DNA of 64,000 nt, from positions 93,572 through 157,571 of the forward strand of contig CAZPQJ010000001.1 in the NCBI GenBank assembly GCA_964588955.1, read 5' to 3'. The stretch is from an uncultured Gammaproteobacteria bacterium. Its GTDB lineage: Bacteria > Patescibacteriota > Patescibacteriia > UBA9934 > CAMTUG01. The notes beneath the pieces are model-generated. The model did no database searches. It saw nothing but the letters and a program-made list of their open reading frames with translations, and was not told the DNA's origin. Of this stretch, positions 37,601 through 45,359 are shown piece by piece (position 1 is the stretch's first letter; each line of letters opens with the position of its first letter). The position numbers were made by a program, and so were the translations under genes.

Positions 37601-38528
37601 GCGCATTGGCTTTGCGTTTATTGGCGGTAAACATGGGTACGACTTAGATGGGGATGGTGTCTATGAAACCGTTGATGACTATGGCACGACGGAGTTCTTT
37701 AACTTTGCTTATGACTTTGGCGAAGAACGTTATTTCGTTGATGACACGCAGGAAGGGGATCTTGATGCCGCTATTACGACCGCTCTTTCTGTTACCTATC
37801 ACGCGGACAAAAAAACAGAGAGTATTCAATGTTACAATCCTGATGAAGATCCATCCTGTGTGGAGGTAACGGGTACGCCGCTCATTCAGGTGCTACGCAG
37901 TGTGAAAGATGCCTTCGCGAATGACACGAATGTTGGAGATGATGACGCGAAGTATGTCATCCTGTTTACCGATGGGGATATTAAAAATGACGCTTCCGAA
38001 CTGACTGCGGTTGAAGATGCCTTCGCCTTGACTGACGCTTCACACAAGTCGTATGTGGAGCAAGTGACCGACACTATTGATGAACTTAAAGACAGCGGTA
38101 TTACACTGTTCAGTGCGGCTTTTGCCGAAAGTGATTCCTGTGGTGCGTATCAGGCGGCAAAATGGTCGAATATGGATTGCTCACCCGCAGAGCGCGTCTG
38201 TGAAAAACAGTATGATGAAGGGGATTACAGCTGTGAGCCGCCATCGAATAACATTACCTACGCCTACTCTGCCACCGACGCGGATGGATTGGTAGAAATG
38301 TATCAGTCCATCATCGACGCGATCTTAAATGTTACGGTGACTCTTACTGATGCCGACGGCAACACCGCAACCTCGACGGTCGACATTGGTGACTCCATTG
38401 ACCTGCCGTTGCCAGTATTCTTTGCTTGCGATGCCTCCGCGGAAAGCAACCTGAACATAGAAGTGACCTTTACGGGTTCCGGGGCTATTGAATTTAGCAA
38501 CATCCAGTTGAACATGTGTTCGCCGTAA
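28662..38528 (+). CDS. Giant (3288 aa) cell-surface protein: pilin-like TM hairpin, TIG/Ig-like domains, ~13 Myxococcus-type Cys-rich repeats (DUF4215-like), C-terminal vWA domain
   Basis: The N-terminus GFLWMTSAGNEERTHKARMVITNAIIGLVIIMMSF is paralogous to 26752. TIG-like segments include ITAVSPLNGAVGSYVTISGTNFG. Repeats follow CGDGxxxxxExCDDGNxxxGDGCSxxC (e.g. CGNGVVDDGEDCDDGSHNGN). The vWA domain has MIDAS DIMFVLDDSQSMG and KYVILFTDGD at about 37455-38110. Confidence 0.7.
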   Translation: MKRLSFSTWLKGLTGMGILAGVLGAAPALAQSLNTGIEEGGAFQQALGLGTGDIKIIIANIIRIFLGLLGVIAVSLIVYGGFLWMTSAGNEERTHKARMVITNAIIGLVIIMMSFIIVSFVLNKLLAATGFGGGTFDEPPTCDGCIPPDYSSVFTIDSVSPQGDQTIKNLTVRLTFNKDVDAATVSDNITVTADGSDTPVTGTFSVVGDRVSFHPDAVCEGYPEEYCFDSNTPYTITLGSGLRSIEELALSCGGFYDSCTYTFTSGELVDTQPPSVSVTSPEYGDSVSVNALVPIQAHVEDDGGVAEVEFYVDGNLIDTIQPDGDTPLTFDATIDWDTSALTALERYGLTAVAYDVNDHSERSDEVRVIARAEHCFNGDYPTTDPNFPDADEEGEDCGGADCGACDGSSCRASEDFTCAATCVDGVCTDVPEITAVSPLNGAVGSYVTISGTNFGSRVGSVKFGDVEAELANCDDAWQTFQVIAVVPERLTVGETYPITLTTADGYTDTTNDDYGTPIDDFEVNTTVRPGICAVGPSYGEVGSFTTVYGNNFGATQGDGTIYFGTEAASAYASWNDSQVKVDVPTLVAKDYFMTLWVGGVSSNDVNFTVVDSDAEEAPYIDSVSPTSGPIGQYVTITGSGFGSTPDLVYFINNNPDSPDYGGRFEADVDFPAVCEDNYWSHTQIIVKVPIGLGQTDYLIEVRKDDQLSNDADFAVTAGTASPGICLVSPSAAPVGYPSVTLSGEGFGTTTGEVHFYDGSEGGDTSIASSWSDTEAVVEVPVGATSGPVILYDALFRSSNAVNFDVGDCNTQNVCDANTQQCCASGACIGANDVCPEAAQVNAEYVWEFSTGAIPVVPTVQARCSTTMISPTPWSGRAGGESVCVNAGISATFDVAMDTASLKADGNITLGACSDATCASSTPVDLGDVSTTATSFAVYPTSSLAPGTTYQVVLSSAITSSLGVAIAPTRWTFTTSTDANDCAYAGVMVSPSLATIEEQDGLATFNAAALAEDACIILNNNDTTWSWSVDPSDRYVSFSDAAVAGCTGEPTSCQTVMGIAEGDSIVTAEESTQGLDDDAEVDVNFTNPYAVDYWPGCSNGGTACLNAAIGAQFNTTMDDVTVESAGAIHLYACSDESCSTHTEDIGIDVERSDADETVVNITLNDDDYPSGNLATRTYYEVVFSSAIESQSGVPLNEHYNGDFSWTFLTRATDEICAVDHVVVDPSASTVTYVGATSVFDSVPYGDPDDCSTSGQRLTATGYDWGWSIANTTIANLWQDGVPVQVVEDRIPDGCTTSCLSEGTLSYEAICGEDADGDGSLLDPGEDCDNGTGLAGAGCSSTCQSLGTTACSSEEGSNCCGNNNLDTGEECDDGNTANSDGCSNVCLNEGEAGGVSTCGDEGIVTHSDLVNSRGWAGGEDCDDGNTDSGDGCSNLCLNEGSVSRRDLNGICGDGEVDAPAEQCDDSGTRNGDGCSEYCLYEGSDACSNPTSDRNCCGNEQTEASAFESCDDGNTVNGDGCSAVCLLEGSSRGYATPSWCGDGTTGTGEAPADTVSACEVSLSSLDGFVEPEQVAVIASTAPGEVVDGLASTTVSAAAEGETGQAALNLSCSCAEDNQCTSSDSSLSLGCGTGGCCYERPKFLGYTPSDGDACRNALVAFDFDTEMALATFTDNLTIELVLEGDEACPYSSSSTAFDTSGNVFVKVWSSAKHLLSRLVDPAQASDTACYLPITFTSSPTEDGGERVTAIYTQLLEADRSYIVSIKGDPSHDGSGVRSATGVGLDHNYARVISIGDNVCSFDTVSVQDVDADSPGLFTTVGEAHPYTATAMTMIGGVAQAIVPIPDVYDWDWSKTWWSTDDTVLQVGTQTDSGSESNNTVTAQNDNGTASIYASAQITDDTLFSPSTALTNVYGSAEATTNLCKNPWPALKSGHSWDPFRDGAFGNHDPDGDGVVEVMRGAGWMHFTTYYCRDDIGISTNENGAEVSATGTAADVVFVEDPPSDVLKEYLFKLSGGDAVGIRIAKNDDLLSIGDWYDAQGFTGAPSETTVDGYQALRDGRTVYVSAANVSGDFSGTIYPNVYVISYNEGASEETIAIFDQMLDNWQFNSNISNDGICYEVTGDSAGEPTFDADGQTVSCTSDLDCTSGACRAGKDKLRRDMQRLTDVKEIAGDLQAYGEANGRCSATSTTSCTSDSDCPGVETCQALYPTIDSGSFLRAQSSSAWDSWQNVLGTTLGVTLPTDPLNAYAECGTTGGSYGDYNADTCWYEAGAQYACPTGSHVYNYKNIGGTAYRVWTDLEYHYESGVTEWHGRVDSEVADGLSVVAGQAFTGIVDGFQEDATCDGTVMGNSAACGDGVIGESETCEIGDTSTTSCHALTCLSADPDYDGAACLVDCADTTICPGGDKNADGICDGGPAGGQACGTGDVDCTDTSICSTYPYFERTEGTQVTTCDRSTCDAFSAAADAACVPFRCGNGVVDDGEDCDDGSHNGNYGYCGTSCQWDSTAFYCGDGTLAGGEVCDKGASNGQYALSSADTCSATCDGPGLYCGDSVVNGSEVCDGTSETWAGSLCPDGVTTCTSNADCGGNTCGAGGLIYNGACPTASLCVGGDYDGFPCGNFSWPDAVSIMSGYSDFAIDFTEGAYGVLCQNYGGTCVDSAVYPTYHIRSCNDSGTSADCSWNTWQDFCKADTASCGNGVVDGTEACDDGNDSNNDSCTNQCTVNICGDGYLYTDHESCDRAEENGQECTADYGSTCRYCSYDCTYLTSSGSYCGDGVVQDSDELCDGSELTQFRCFDDATTQQVGDVCYEANAAEGSGCESGFTCRNLGVCNGGLNDGMYCTQTDAVSGKDLAFCAGGTCVLPTCADDCGSTCPFSYADQAVDVTSEEAGATANDSISLYSLDTDGSPNLATLTIPACRIESGLTADISDADRDYSDVDIMFVLDDSQSMGEPLGSSTGLEVLRDAVSDAIDQLYDAYHGTNAEVRIGFAFIGGKHGYDLDGDGVYETVDDYGTTEFFNFAYDFGEERYFVDDTQEGDLDAAITTALSVTYHADKKTESIQCYNPDEDPSCVEVTGTPLIQVLRSVKDAFANDTNVGDDDAKYVILFTDGDIKNDASELTAVEDAFALTDASHKSYVEQVTDTIDELKDSGITLFSAAFAESDSCGAYQAAKWSNMDCSPAERVCEKQYDEGDYSCEPPSNNITYAYSATDADGLVEMYQSIIDAILNVTVTLTDADGNTATSTVDIGDSIDLPLPVFFACDASAESNLNIEVTFTGSGAIEFSNIQLNMCSP

Positions 38529-38539
38529 CCCTTGCATCT

Positions 38540-39325
38540 ATGGAGTACCAACCACAACCGTATATTTATGCCTCCGAGGTCGGACAAACGCCGGCCGTGC
38601 CTCCAACCAATTGGTGGCAAACGCACAAAACTCTCCTTGTGAAGATTGGGATTGGTTTGTTAATCGCGGCCGTTGTGGGACTGACGGTCCTGTTTCTCGT
38701 ACGGCGCATAGCCGCCAATAAAGCGGCGCGATTGGCAGAAGTCGCTCAGGAACAAACTGCCGTGAGTTCGGCGCAGAAAGATTGTGATCAAACAAAAAAT
38801 CCCGACAAGTGCAATCAACGCATTGCCGCTGATCTGGCGCAGTCAACCGGCAAAGTTTCTTTTTGTCATGAGCTCTCAGGAGATGCATTTGATAACTGTA
38901 TTACCTTGGCGGCGTTGACGGCCAAGAGTTTAACCGCGTGTAATCAGGTGAATAATGCGGAGAAAAAAACTGCGTGCACCAATGCTGTCAACGCCTTGCT
39001 TCATCCATATGTTTTGCAAGTATCCGCAGATGTCCAAACGGCGATAGATGCGCGTAATCCGGATATGTGCGCCACGGTTGAAGATGTGGACTTGTGTTTG
39101 GAGTTGGTGGGTGTTGCCGATCGGGATCTTGATGGGTTGAGTGAGGAGAAAGAACAGACCCTGGGTACCAGCGACACGTCTATTGATTCCGATGCCGATG
39201 GATTGTCTGATGCCGATGAAGTCAATATCTGGAAAACGGATCCAGCGAAGACCGACACCGACGGGGACAGTTATCCCGATGGCACAGAGGTAAAAGGGGG
39301 GTATAATCCTCTAGGAAGCGGTTAA
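38540..39325 (+). CDS. Single-pass membrane protein with Cys-containing ectodomain and C-terminal thrombospondin type-3-like Ca-binding repeats (paralog 1 of 3)
   Basis: TM helix IGIGLLIAAVVGLTVLFLV, then DxDxDGxxDxxE repeats (DRDLDGLSEEKE, DSDADGLSDADE, DTDGDSYPDGTE). A GTG at 38516 is an alternative start. Confidence 0.55.
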   Translation: MEYQPQPYIYASEVGQTPAVPPTNWWQTHKTLLVKIGIGLLIAAVVGLTVLFLVRRIAANKAARLAEVAQEQTAVSSAQKDCDQTKNPDKCNQRIAADLAQSTGKVSFCHELSGDAFDNCITLAALTAKSLTACNQVNNAEKKTACTNAVNALLHPYVLQVSADVQTAIDARNPDMCATVEDVDLCLELVGVADRDLDGLSEEKEQTLGTSDTSIDSDADGLSDADEVNIWKTDPAKTDTDGDSYPDGTEVKGGYNPLGSG

Positions 39326-39410
39326 CGAGATTATCGGCGTGAGCCCCCTAGCCACTAGCAACTGTCCGCTCCGACCGGCCACTATCCACTAGCCACTTAA
39401 TCACTTTTCT

Positions 39411-40112
<702 letters not shown>

Positions 40113-40136
40113 CGAGAGGTATTTTAAGCGTGCTGT

Positions 40137-41120
40137 ATGGCCGAGGCACCCAATCAATTGCAAAAACCCGCCGGTGCGGAAACTCCCGCATCTGCCAATG
40201 AGCCAGTCATTCACGTGATGCCGGCGGAGTTTCGCGCGGGCAAAATGCCGATGAGCGCCTTGCCGAAGCCAGACATCGCGGCGCCTCCGGTCGCGCCGGT
40301 TGCTCCTCTCGCGCCTGTGCCGCCCAAAGCGCTCCCGCCGAAGCCGGGCTTAGCAACAAAAAAACGGCGCCTGCCGCCGGTGTTAGTTATTGGGTTGATT
40401 CTTTTTCTGGCGATTGTGATTGGGGCAGTGGCGGTGTTGCTTTCCCTTAATCAACCGACCGTGAACGTGGCAGTCAATAACACCCCCGTCAACGTCAATA
40501 CAGAAACGCCTCCAGAACCAACGCCAACCCCTACCCCAACGCCAACTCCAACCCCGATCGAACCCGTGGGTGGAGCCGACACGGACAGTGACGGGCTCAC
40601 CGATATTGAAGAAATTTTGTTTGGATCCGATACCCGCAATCCGGATTCCGATGGCGATACGTATCTTGACGGCAACGAGGTCTATCATCTGTATAACCCG
40701 CGCGGCAACGCTCCCGGCCTTCTGGTCGATACGGGTTTTGCGCGCGAGTTTACTGCCGAAGGATTGGACTTTCAGGTGGTCTATCCGTCACGCTGGACCG
40801 CGCAGTTATTGGAGACGCGCGGAGTGATCTTTAAAGTGCCAACGGGGGAGTTTGTTCAGGTTAGTCGTGTTGCTAAAGACGCGAGTCTTGATGTGGTGAG
40901 CTGGTATCTTACGCAGTCCCCGGAGGTGAAGGCGGAAGATGTCACTCCGCTCACTACCCGCCAGGGCTACGCGGGAATCTTAAGTCCAGATAAACTATCC
41001 ACCTATCTGGATCTCGGAGATCGTGTTTACATCATCAACTACAACGTAGGTGACCTGAAAACGATTAACTTTTTGACGACCTATCAGATGATCGTCAATA
41101 GTTTTATCCTCAAAAAATAA
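40137..41120 (+). CDS. Membrane protein with Pro-rich N-terminus, (PT)n linker, TSP3-like repeats and a C-terminal globular domain (paralog 3 of 3)
   Basis: TM helix VLVIGLILFLAIVIGAVAVLLSL, then PTPTPTPTPTPTP, DTDSDGLTDIEE and DSDGDTYLDGNE, followed by a ~150-aa C-terminal domain. Confidence 0.55.
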   Translation: MAEAPNQLQKPAGAETPASANEPVIHVMPAEFRAGKMPMSALPKPDIAAPPVAPVAPLAPVPPKALPPKPGLATKKRRLPPVLVIGLILFLAIVIGAVAVLLSLNQPTVNVAVNNTPVNVNTETPPEPTPTPTPTPTPTPIEPVGGADTDSDGLTDIEEILFGSDTRNPDSDGDTYLDGNEVYHLYNPRGNAPGLLVDTGFAREFTAEGLDFQVVYPSRWTAQLLETRGVIFKVPTGEFVQVSRVAKDASLDVVSWYLTQSPEVKAEDVTPLTTRQGYAGILSPDKLSTYLDLGDRVYIINYNVGDLKTINFLTTYQMIVNSFILKK

Positions 41121-41121
41121 C

Positions 41122-41535
41122 ATGCTTTCCGCTCAATGTCTTCAAACCGCTTTGCCTGCCGCCATGCGCTTCCCTCAGCGCTTCGTGGAGACAATGCTTC
41201 AAGAAATCCATCGTCGCACCAAAAAGAGCGGGGAGATGTCTATCGTTTTTGTGAGTGAACGAGAGATGCGTCGGGTCAACCGCTTGTACCGTAAAAAAGA
41301 CAAGGTTACCGACGTACTTTCTTTTGAACTTCCTCTTGGTGACGTTTTGATTTGCTATCCTCAAGCTAAACGGCAGGCTGCCGAGCGTGGACATAGCGTG
41401 AAGCAGGAACTGACGGATTTGATGATTCACGGTGTTCTACATGCTCTTGGATACGATCACGAGGTTCCCAAAGATGCTAAACGCATGTTACCGCTTCAGC
41501 AAAAGATTTATGATGTCATCGCGCCTCGCTCGTAG
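41122..41535 (+). CDS. ybeY: rRNA maturation endoribonuclease YbeY
   Basis: Metal-binding motif HGVLHALGYDHE (H3xH5xH). Confidence 0.85.
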   Translation: MLSAQCLQTALPAAMRFPQRFVETMLQEIHRRTKKSGEMSIVFVSEREMRRVNRLYRKKDKVTDVLSFELPLGDVLICYPQAKRQAAERGHSVKQELTDLMIHGVLHALGYDHEVPKDAKRMLPLQQKIYDVIAPRS

Positions 41536-41863
41536 TATTGGTTATGCCCTAAAAGGTTTGGCTCATGTTTTCAAAACGGAGCTTAGTTTTCGTTTACAGA
41601 TTCTTGCGGGGACGGTGGTAGTGGTGCTGATGCTCCTGTTTCCTTTACCGCTTTGGCAACGGATCATTTTGTTACTGTTGATTGCCTCTGTTTTGGTGCT
41701 AGAGGTGATCAATACGATTTTTGAACGGATCGTAGATACCTTCAAGCCGAGGATTCACCCAGTGGTAGGGGAGATTAAAGATATGATGGCCGCTGCGGTG
41801 CTGATTGCCTCGATCACTTCCGGTGTTGTTGGATTCCTGCTATTGTGGCCGTACCTTATATGA
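41510..41863 (+). CDS. dgkA: Diacylglycerol/undecaprenol kinase DgkA family
   Basis: Three TM helices and the LEVINTIFERIVD motif; the start overlaps the ybeY 3' end. The listed ORF start at 41432 is probably too far upstream. Confidence 0.7.
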   Translation: MMSSRLARSIGYALKGLAHVFKTELSFRLQILAGTVVVVLMLLFPLPLWQRIILLLLIASVLVLEVINTIFERIVDTFKPRIHPVVGEIKDMMAAAVLIASITSGVVGFLLLWPYLI

Positions 41864-41867
41864 AAAT

Positions 41868-41998
41868 TAGAAATTCGAAGCACCAAATACGAAATAAGTG
41901 GAAATCGGAAAATGGAAAGGCGAAAACCCGTTTTTGGTTTTATTTTTTCGGATTTCGAATTTGTTTGGGATTTAGTGCTTCGGATTTCGAATTTTGTA
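41868..41998. mobile_element. MITE-like AT-rich element with imperfect terminal inverted repeats and internal direct repeats, upstream of ftsA
   Basis: Left end AGAAATTCGAAGCACCAAAT matches the reverse complement of the right end ATTTAGTGCTTCGGATTTCGAATTT. The direct repeat TCGGATTTCGAATTT occurs at 41948 and 41980, with an inner hairpin GAAAACCCGTTTTTGGTTTT. Confidence 0.3.
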
Positions 41999-42011
41999 TT
42001 TAGCTGAGGAT

Positions 42012-43274
42012 ATGTCTGAAAATATTATCACCGGCCTTGATATCGGTTCTTCCGCCATCCGTGTGGCGGTTGGACAACTGACTCCTCAGGAAGGTGGGCG
42101 TCAAGGCATTCATGTGATTGGTGCGGTGGAAGTACCGAGCGAGGGGGTGCATAAAGGAACGATTACCTCTATTGAAGACGCTGTTTCCGCCATCTCTAAA
42201 GCGTTGGAGCAAGGGGAACGGATGGTCGGGATTCCCTTGTCGGCTGCTTGGGTGGGCATTGCTGGGCACCACGTGCTGGTACAAGAAAGCAAAGGGGTGG
42301 TTGGGGTGGGTCGAACCGACGGGGAGATCCGTGACGATGACGTGGAGCGCGCTTTAGAAGCCGCACGCACCGTGGCTCGTCCTACCAACTACGAAATTTT
42401 GCACGTCATCCCTAAAGGTTTTACTGTCGACGGTCAGCATGGGATTAAAGATCCCGTTGGTATGAACGGGATTCGGTTGGAAGTCGACGCGGTGATTATT
42501 CAAGCGCTTTCCTCGCAGATTAAAAATCTCACCAAGTGCATTTACCGTACCGGTCTCGACATTGAGGATTTGGTCTATGCCCCGCTGGCGGGGGCAGAAG
42601 TGTTGGCCACGCCCCGCCAAAAGGAACTCGGGGTCTGTTTGGTGAATCTTGGGGCTTCTACTACCACGATGATTTTATTTGAAGAGGGGGATATTTTGCA
42701 CACCGCGGTGTTACCGATCGGGTCGGATCATATTACCAACGATATTGCCATTGGACTGCGCACCTCGCTTGAGGTTGCCGAGGCGGTAAAAGTACGTTAC
42801 GGTCACGCGTTCGCCGAAGGGATCTCTAAAAAAGATGTCATCGATTTGCGTGAATTTGGGGTGGAAGGAGAACAAGCCATAGAGTGCCGTTATGTTGCGG
42901 AGATCATTGAAGCGCGCGTGGAGGAGATTTGTGAACGCATCGATGCCGAGCTTGCTAAAGCGGACCGTTCTGGATTATTGCCGGCAGGTATTATTGTGAC
43001 CGGTGGCGGAGTGCGGCTTTCGGGGGTGGTAGATGTTATGAAACGCGTGCTGCGTTTGCCGGTAGCGATGGGAGAATTGCACAACGTTTCCAGTTCCCTT
43101 GAGCGCGTCGCTGACCCTGCCTTTTCTACCGCCGTTGGATTGGTGGCCTGGGGAGCGCAAATTCGCGAAGCCTCCGGCGGTCGCGGGGGTATGGGGAACG
43201 TGTTTGCGAAATTCAAAAGTGTCGACAAAGCTTCAGAACAAGTGCGCAAGTGGCTGCGCTCGTTGATTCCGTAG
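42012..43274 (+). CDS. ftsA: Cell division protein FtsA
   Basis: Actin-like ATPase: ITGLDIGSSAIRVAVG, VGIAGHH, and the conserved ftsA-ftsZ order. Confidence 0.9.
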   Translation: MSENIITGLDIGSSAIRVAVGQLTPQEGGRQGIHVIGAVEVPSEGVHKGTITSIEDAVSAISKALEQGERMVGIPLSAAWVGIAGHHVLVQESKGVVGVGRTDGEIRDDDVERALEAARTVARPTNYEILHVIPKGFTVDGQHGIKDPVGMNGIRLEVDAVIIQALSSQIKNLTKCIYRTGLDIEDLVYAPLAGAEVLATPRQKELGVCLVNLGASTTTMILFEEGDILHTAVLPIGSDHITNDIAIGLRTSLEVAEAVKVRYGHAFAEGISKKDVIDLREFGVEGEQAIECRYVAEIIEARVEEICERIDAELAKADRSGLLPAGIIVTGGGVRLSGVVDVMKRVLRLPVAMGELHNVSSSLERVADPAFSTAVGLVAWGAQIREASGGRGGMGNVFAKFKSVDKASEQVRKWLRSLIP

Positions 43275-43294
43275 ACTTGTTTGAAAAATAGATA

Positions 43295-43325
43295 GACGGG
43301 GTCATCGGCCCCGTTTTGTTTTGCG
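43295..43325 (+). terminator. Rho-independent terminator after ftsA
   Basis: Stem ACGGGG/CCCCGT with loop TCATCGG, followed by TTTTGTTTTG. Confidence 0.55.
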
Positions 43326-43502
43326 GTATATTGTTCCCTGACCACGGATCGAGCAGACGTTACTCCTTTAGGCCTTCTGCTCAAGGACAACGTCTGTCCC
43401 AGATGTGGGATGGGGACTTTGGTGACACGTTTTTTGCGTCCTTGACGTCTTGGGTACTCATGTTACGATGTGAGTACAAAATTGTGCTCAGAAGTGCATA
43501 AA

Positions 43503-43522
43503 TTGAACACAATATGTGTTCA
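43503..43522. promoter_or_regulatory. Palindrome TTGAACACA-ATA-TGTGTTCA (site 3 of 3) about 50 nt upstream of ftsZ, with a TGAACACA half-site at 43537
   Basis: Same 9-bp arms as the site at 8192. Not positioned as a terminator, so it is a candidate operator in the ftsZ promoter region. Confidence 0.45.
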
Positions 43523-43572
43523 TCAAATAGACGCCTGAACACACAAATTAAATCTCCATTGAATTGACGTTT

Positions 43573-44820
43573 ATGGGCCAGGTAAAACCTGAAATCGAAA
43601 CGTTCGCCAAGATCAAGGTCTGCGGCGTGGGCGGTGGAGGAGGATCAGCACTCAACCGGATGATCTCTGAAAAGTTAAAAGGGGTCGACTTCGTGGCAAT
43701 CAACACCGATGTGCAGGCGTTGAATTCCAACTTGGCGCCGACCAAAATCCCGATTGGTAAAACCGTCACTCGCGGACTTGGGGCGGGGATGAATCCGGAA
43801 ATCGGTCGCCGCGCGGCGGAAGAAAGCGCTAACGAAATTCGTTCTGTTTTGAATGGTGTAGACATGGTCTTCTTGACCGCCGGACTTGGCGGAGGAACGG
43901 GCAGTGGAGCGATGCCGGAAATCGCCAAAGTCGCCAAAGATGTTGGCGCACTCACCGTCGCTGTGGTCACCAAGCCGTTTTCCTTCGAAGGTCCACAACG
44001 TCGTCGTATTGCCGACAAAGCCTATGAGGAGTTGTCGCAGTATGTGGACACCATCATCACGATCCCCAACGATCGCGTGTTGCAAATTATTGATAAGAAA
44101 ACTTCGCTCTTGGAAGCCTTCACGATTGTCGACGACGTGCTGCGCCAAGGTGTGCAGGGGATTGCCGAGATCATTACTATCCCTGGCCTCATTAACGTGG
44201 ACTTTGCCGACGTTAAAGCGATCATGGAAAACGCCGGTTCGGCCTTGATGGGCATTGGTCGCGCTTCGGGAGAAAATCGCGCGGTTGAAGCGGCTAAGCA
44301 AGCCATTTCCTCGCCGCTCCTGGAAGTCACCATCGACGGCGCCAAAGGCATCCTCTTTACCATTACCGGTGGAGCAGATATGGGTATGCACGAAGTCTCT
44401 GAGGCTGCCAAAGTCATTACCGGTTCGGCAGACGACGACGCTAAAGTCATTTTCGGTGCCAACGTAGATGAAGATTTGAAAGACGAAGTGCGCATTACGG
44501 TTGTGGCCACGGGATTCGATGGCCGTGATCGCCGTCCATCAATTGCGGGATCGAGCGAACTGCCGATGCAAGCGCACTGGTCGCCGCCGTCGTTTATGCG
44601 TTCCAAAGCGGAGGAAGAGCCGCGTTTTGCCCAACCAAAACCCGTATACGAACAACCAGAACGCCGTCCGATCATGCCGGCTCCTCTGCCTGTGGCTCAA
44701 CCAGCGCCCATGCCTGAGCCTCCGCAGCGCCAGGCGATTCCTCAAAACGCTCCACCCAAAAAGAAAACTGAAGAAGAAGAGCTGGAAATTCCTGCCTTCA
44801 TCCGCCGCAAAATGATGTAG
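43573..44820 (+). CDS. ftsZ: Cell division GTPase FtsZ
   Basis: Tubulin signature [19 protein letters not shown], a Pro-rich linker and the C-terminal FtsA-binding peptide [12 protein letters not shown] at 43573; the listed ORF begins at a TTG at 43564. Confidence 0.95.
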   Translation: MGQVKPEIETFAKIKVCGVGGGGGSALNRMISEKLKGVDFVAINTDVQALNSNLAPTKIPIGKTVTRGLGAGMNPEIGRRAAEESANEIRSVLNGVDMVFLTAGLGGGTGSGAMPEIAKVAKDVGALTVAVVTKPFSFEGPQRRRIADKAYEELSQYVDTIITIPNDRVLQIIDKKTSLLEAFTIVDDVLRQGVQGIAEIITIPGLINVDFADVKAIMENAGSALMGIGRASGENRAVEAAKQAISSPLLEVTIDGAKGILFTITGGADMGMHEVSEAAKVITGSADDDAKVIFGANVDEDLKDEVRITVVATGFDGRDRRPSIAGSSELPMQAHWSPPSFMRSKAEEEPRFAQPKPVYEQPERRPIMPAPLPVAQPAPMPEPPQRQAIPQNAPPKKKTEEEELEIPAFIRRKMM

Positions 44821-44879
44821 CAAAAAAGAGGCGCGCCCCGCGTGCCTCTTTTTCGTTTTTCGTCTATAATTAACCTACT

Positions 44880-45356
44880 ATGCACTGTCCTGTTTGTTCC
44901 AACAAAGACACCAAAGTCATCGACTCCCGCATGAGCGGGGAAGGGATGGCTATTCGTCGTCGGCGCGAATGTGAAAAATGCGGCTACCGTTTTTCCACGG
45001 TGGAGGAAGTTACCTTGTTGGATTTAACGGTCATTAAACGCGATGGGCGCCGGGAAGCGTATAACCGCGACAAGATGATTCACGGGTTGGAGCGCGCGCT
45101 GGAAAAGCGGCCGTACACGGAAATGGATTTTCAAAAGTTGATTCACCGGGTAGAACGCGATGTGCAGAAAAAGCGCCGTGGAGAAGTTACCACCAAAGAG
45201 ATCGGCGAGATTGTCATGCGGGCGCTCGAGAAATTCGACAAAATTGCTTACATTCGTTTCGCTTCGGTCTATCGTGCCTTTGAAGACGTGGCTTCCTTCG
45301 AGCGTGAATTACAAACGCTGATCGGGGGCAAAAAAGAAAAAAAGAAACGCAAGTAA
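44880..45356 (+). CDS. nrdR: Transcriptional repressor NrdR
   Basis: Zn ribbon MHCPVCSNKDTKVIDSR..CEKCGYRF plus an ATP-cone domain. Confidence 0.9.
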   Translation: MHCPVCSNKDTKVIDSRMSGEGMAIRRRRECEKCGYRFSTVEEVTLLDLTVIKRDGRREAYNRDKMIHGLERALEKRPYTEMDFQKLIHRVERDVQKKRRGEVTTKEIGEIVMRALEKFDKIAYIRFASVYRAFEDVASFERELQTLIGGKKEKKKRK

Positions 45357-45359
45357 TTT

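Noticed and set aside
39326-39410. Short CCACTAGC-type direct repeats between TSP3 paralogs 1 and 2
   Set aside because: Only 2-3 short copies in an 85-nt spacer; likely promoter/UTR sequence and not distinguishable from chance.
43675-44391. 238-aa minus-strand ORF antisense to ftsZ, and similar antisense ORFs in pyk (46343-47176), rel (11511-12014), LCP (20963-21424) and aclA (48272-48814)
   Set aside because: Each overlaps a confidently identified housekeeping gene on the opposite strand and shows no family resemblance.
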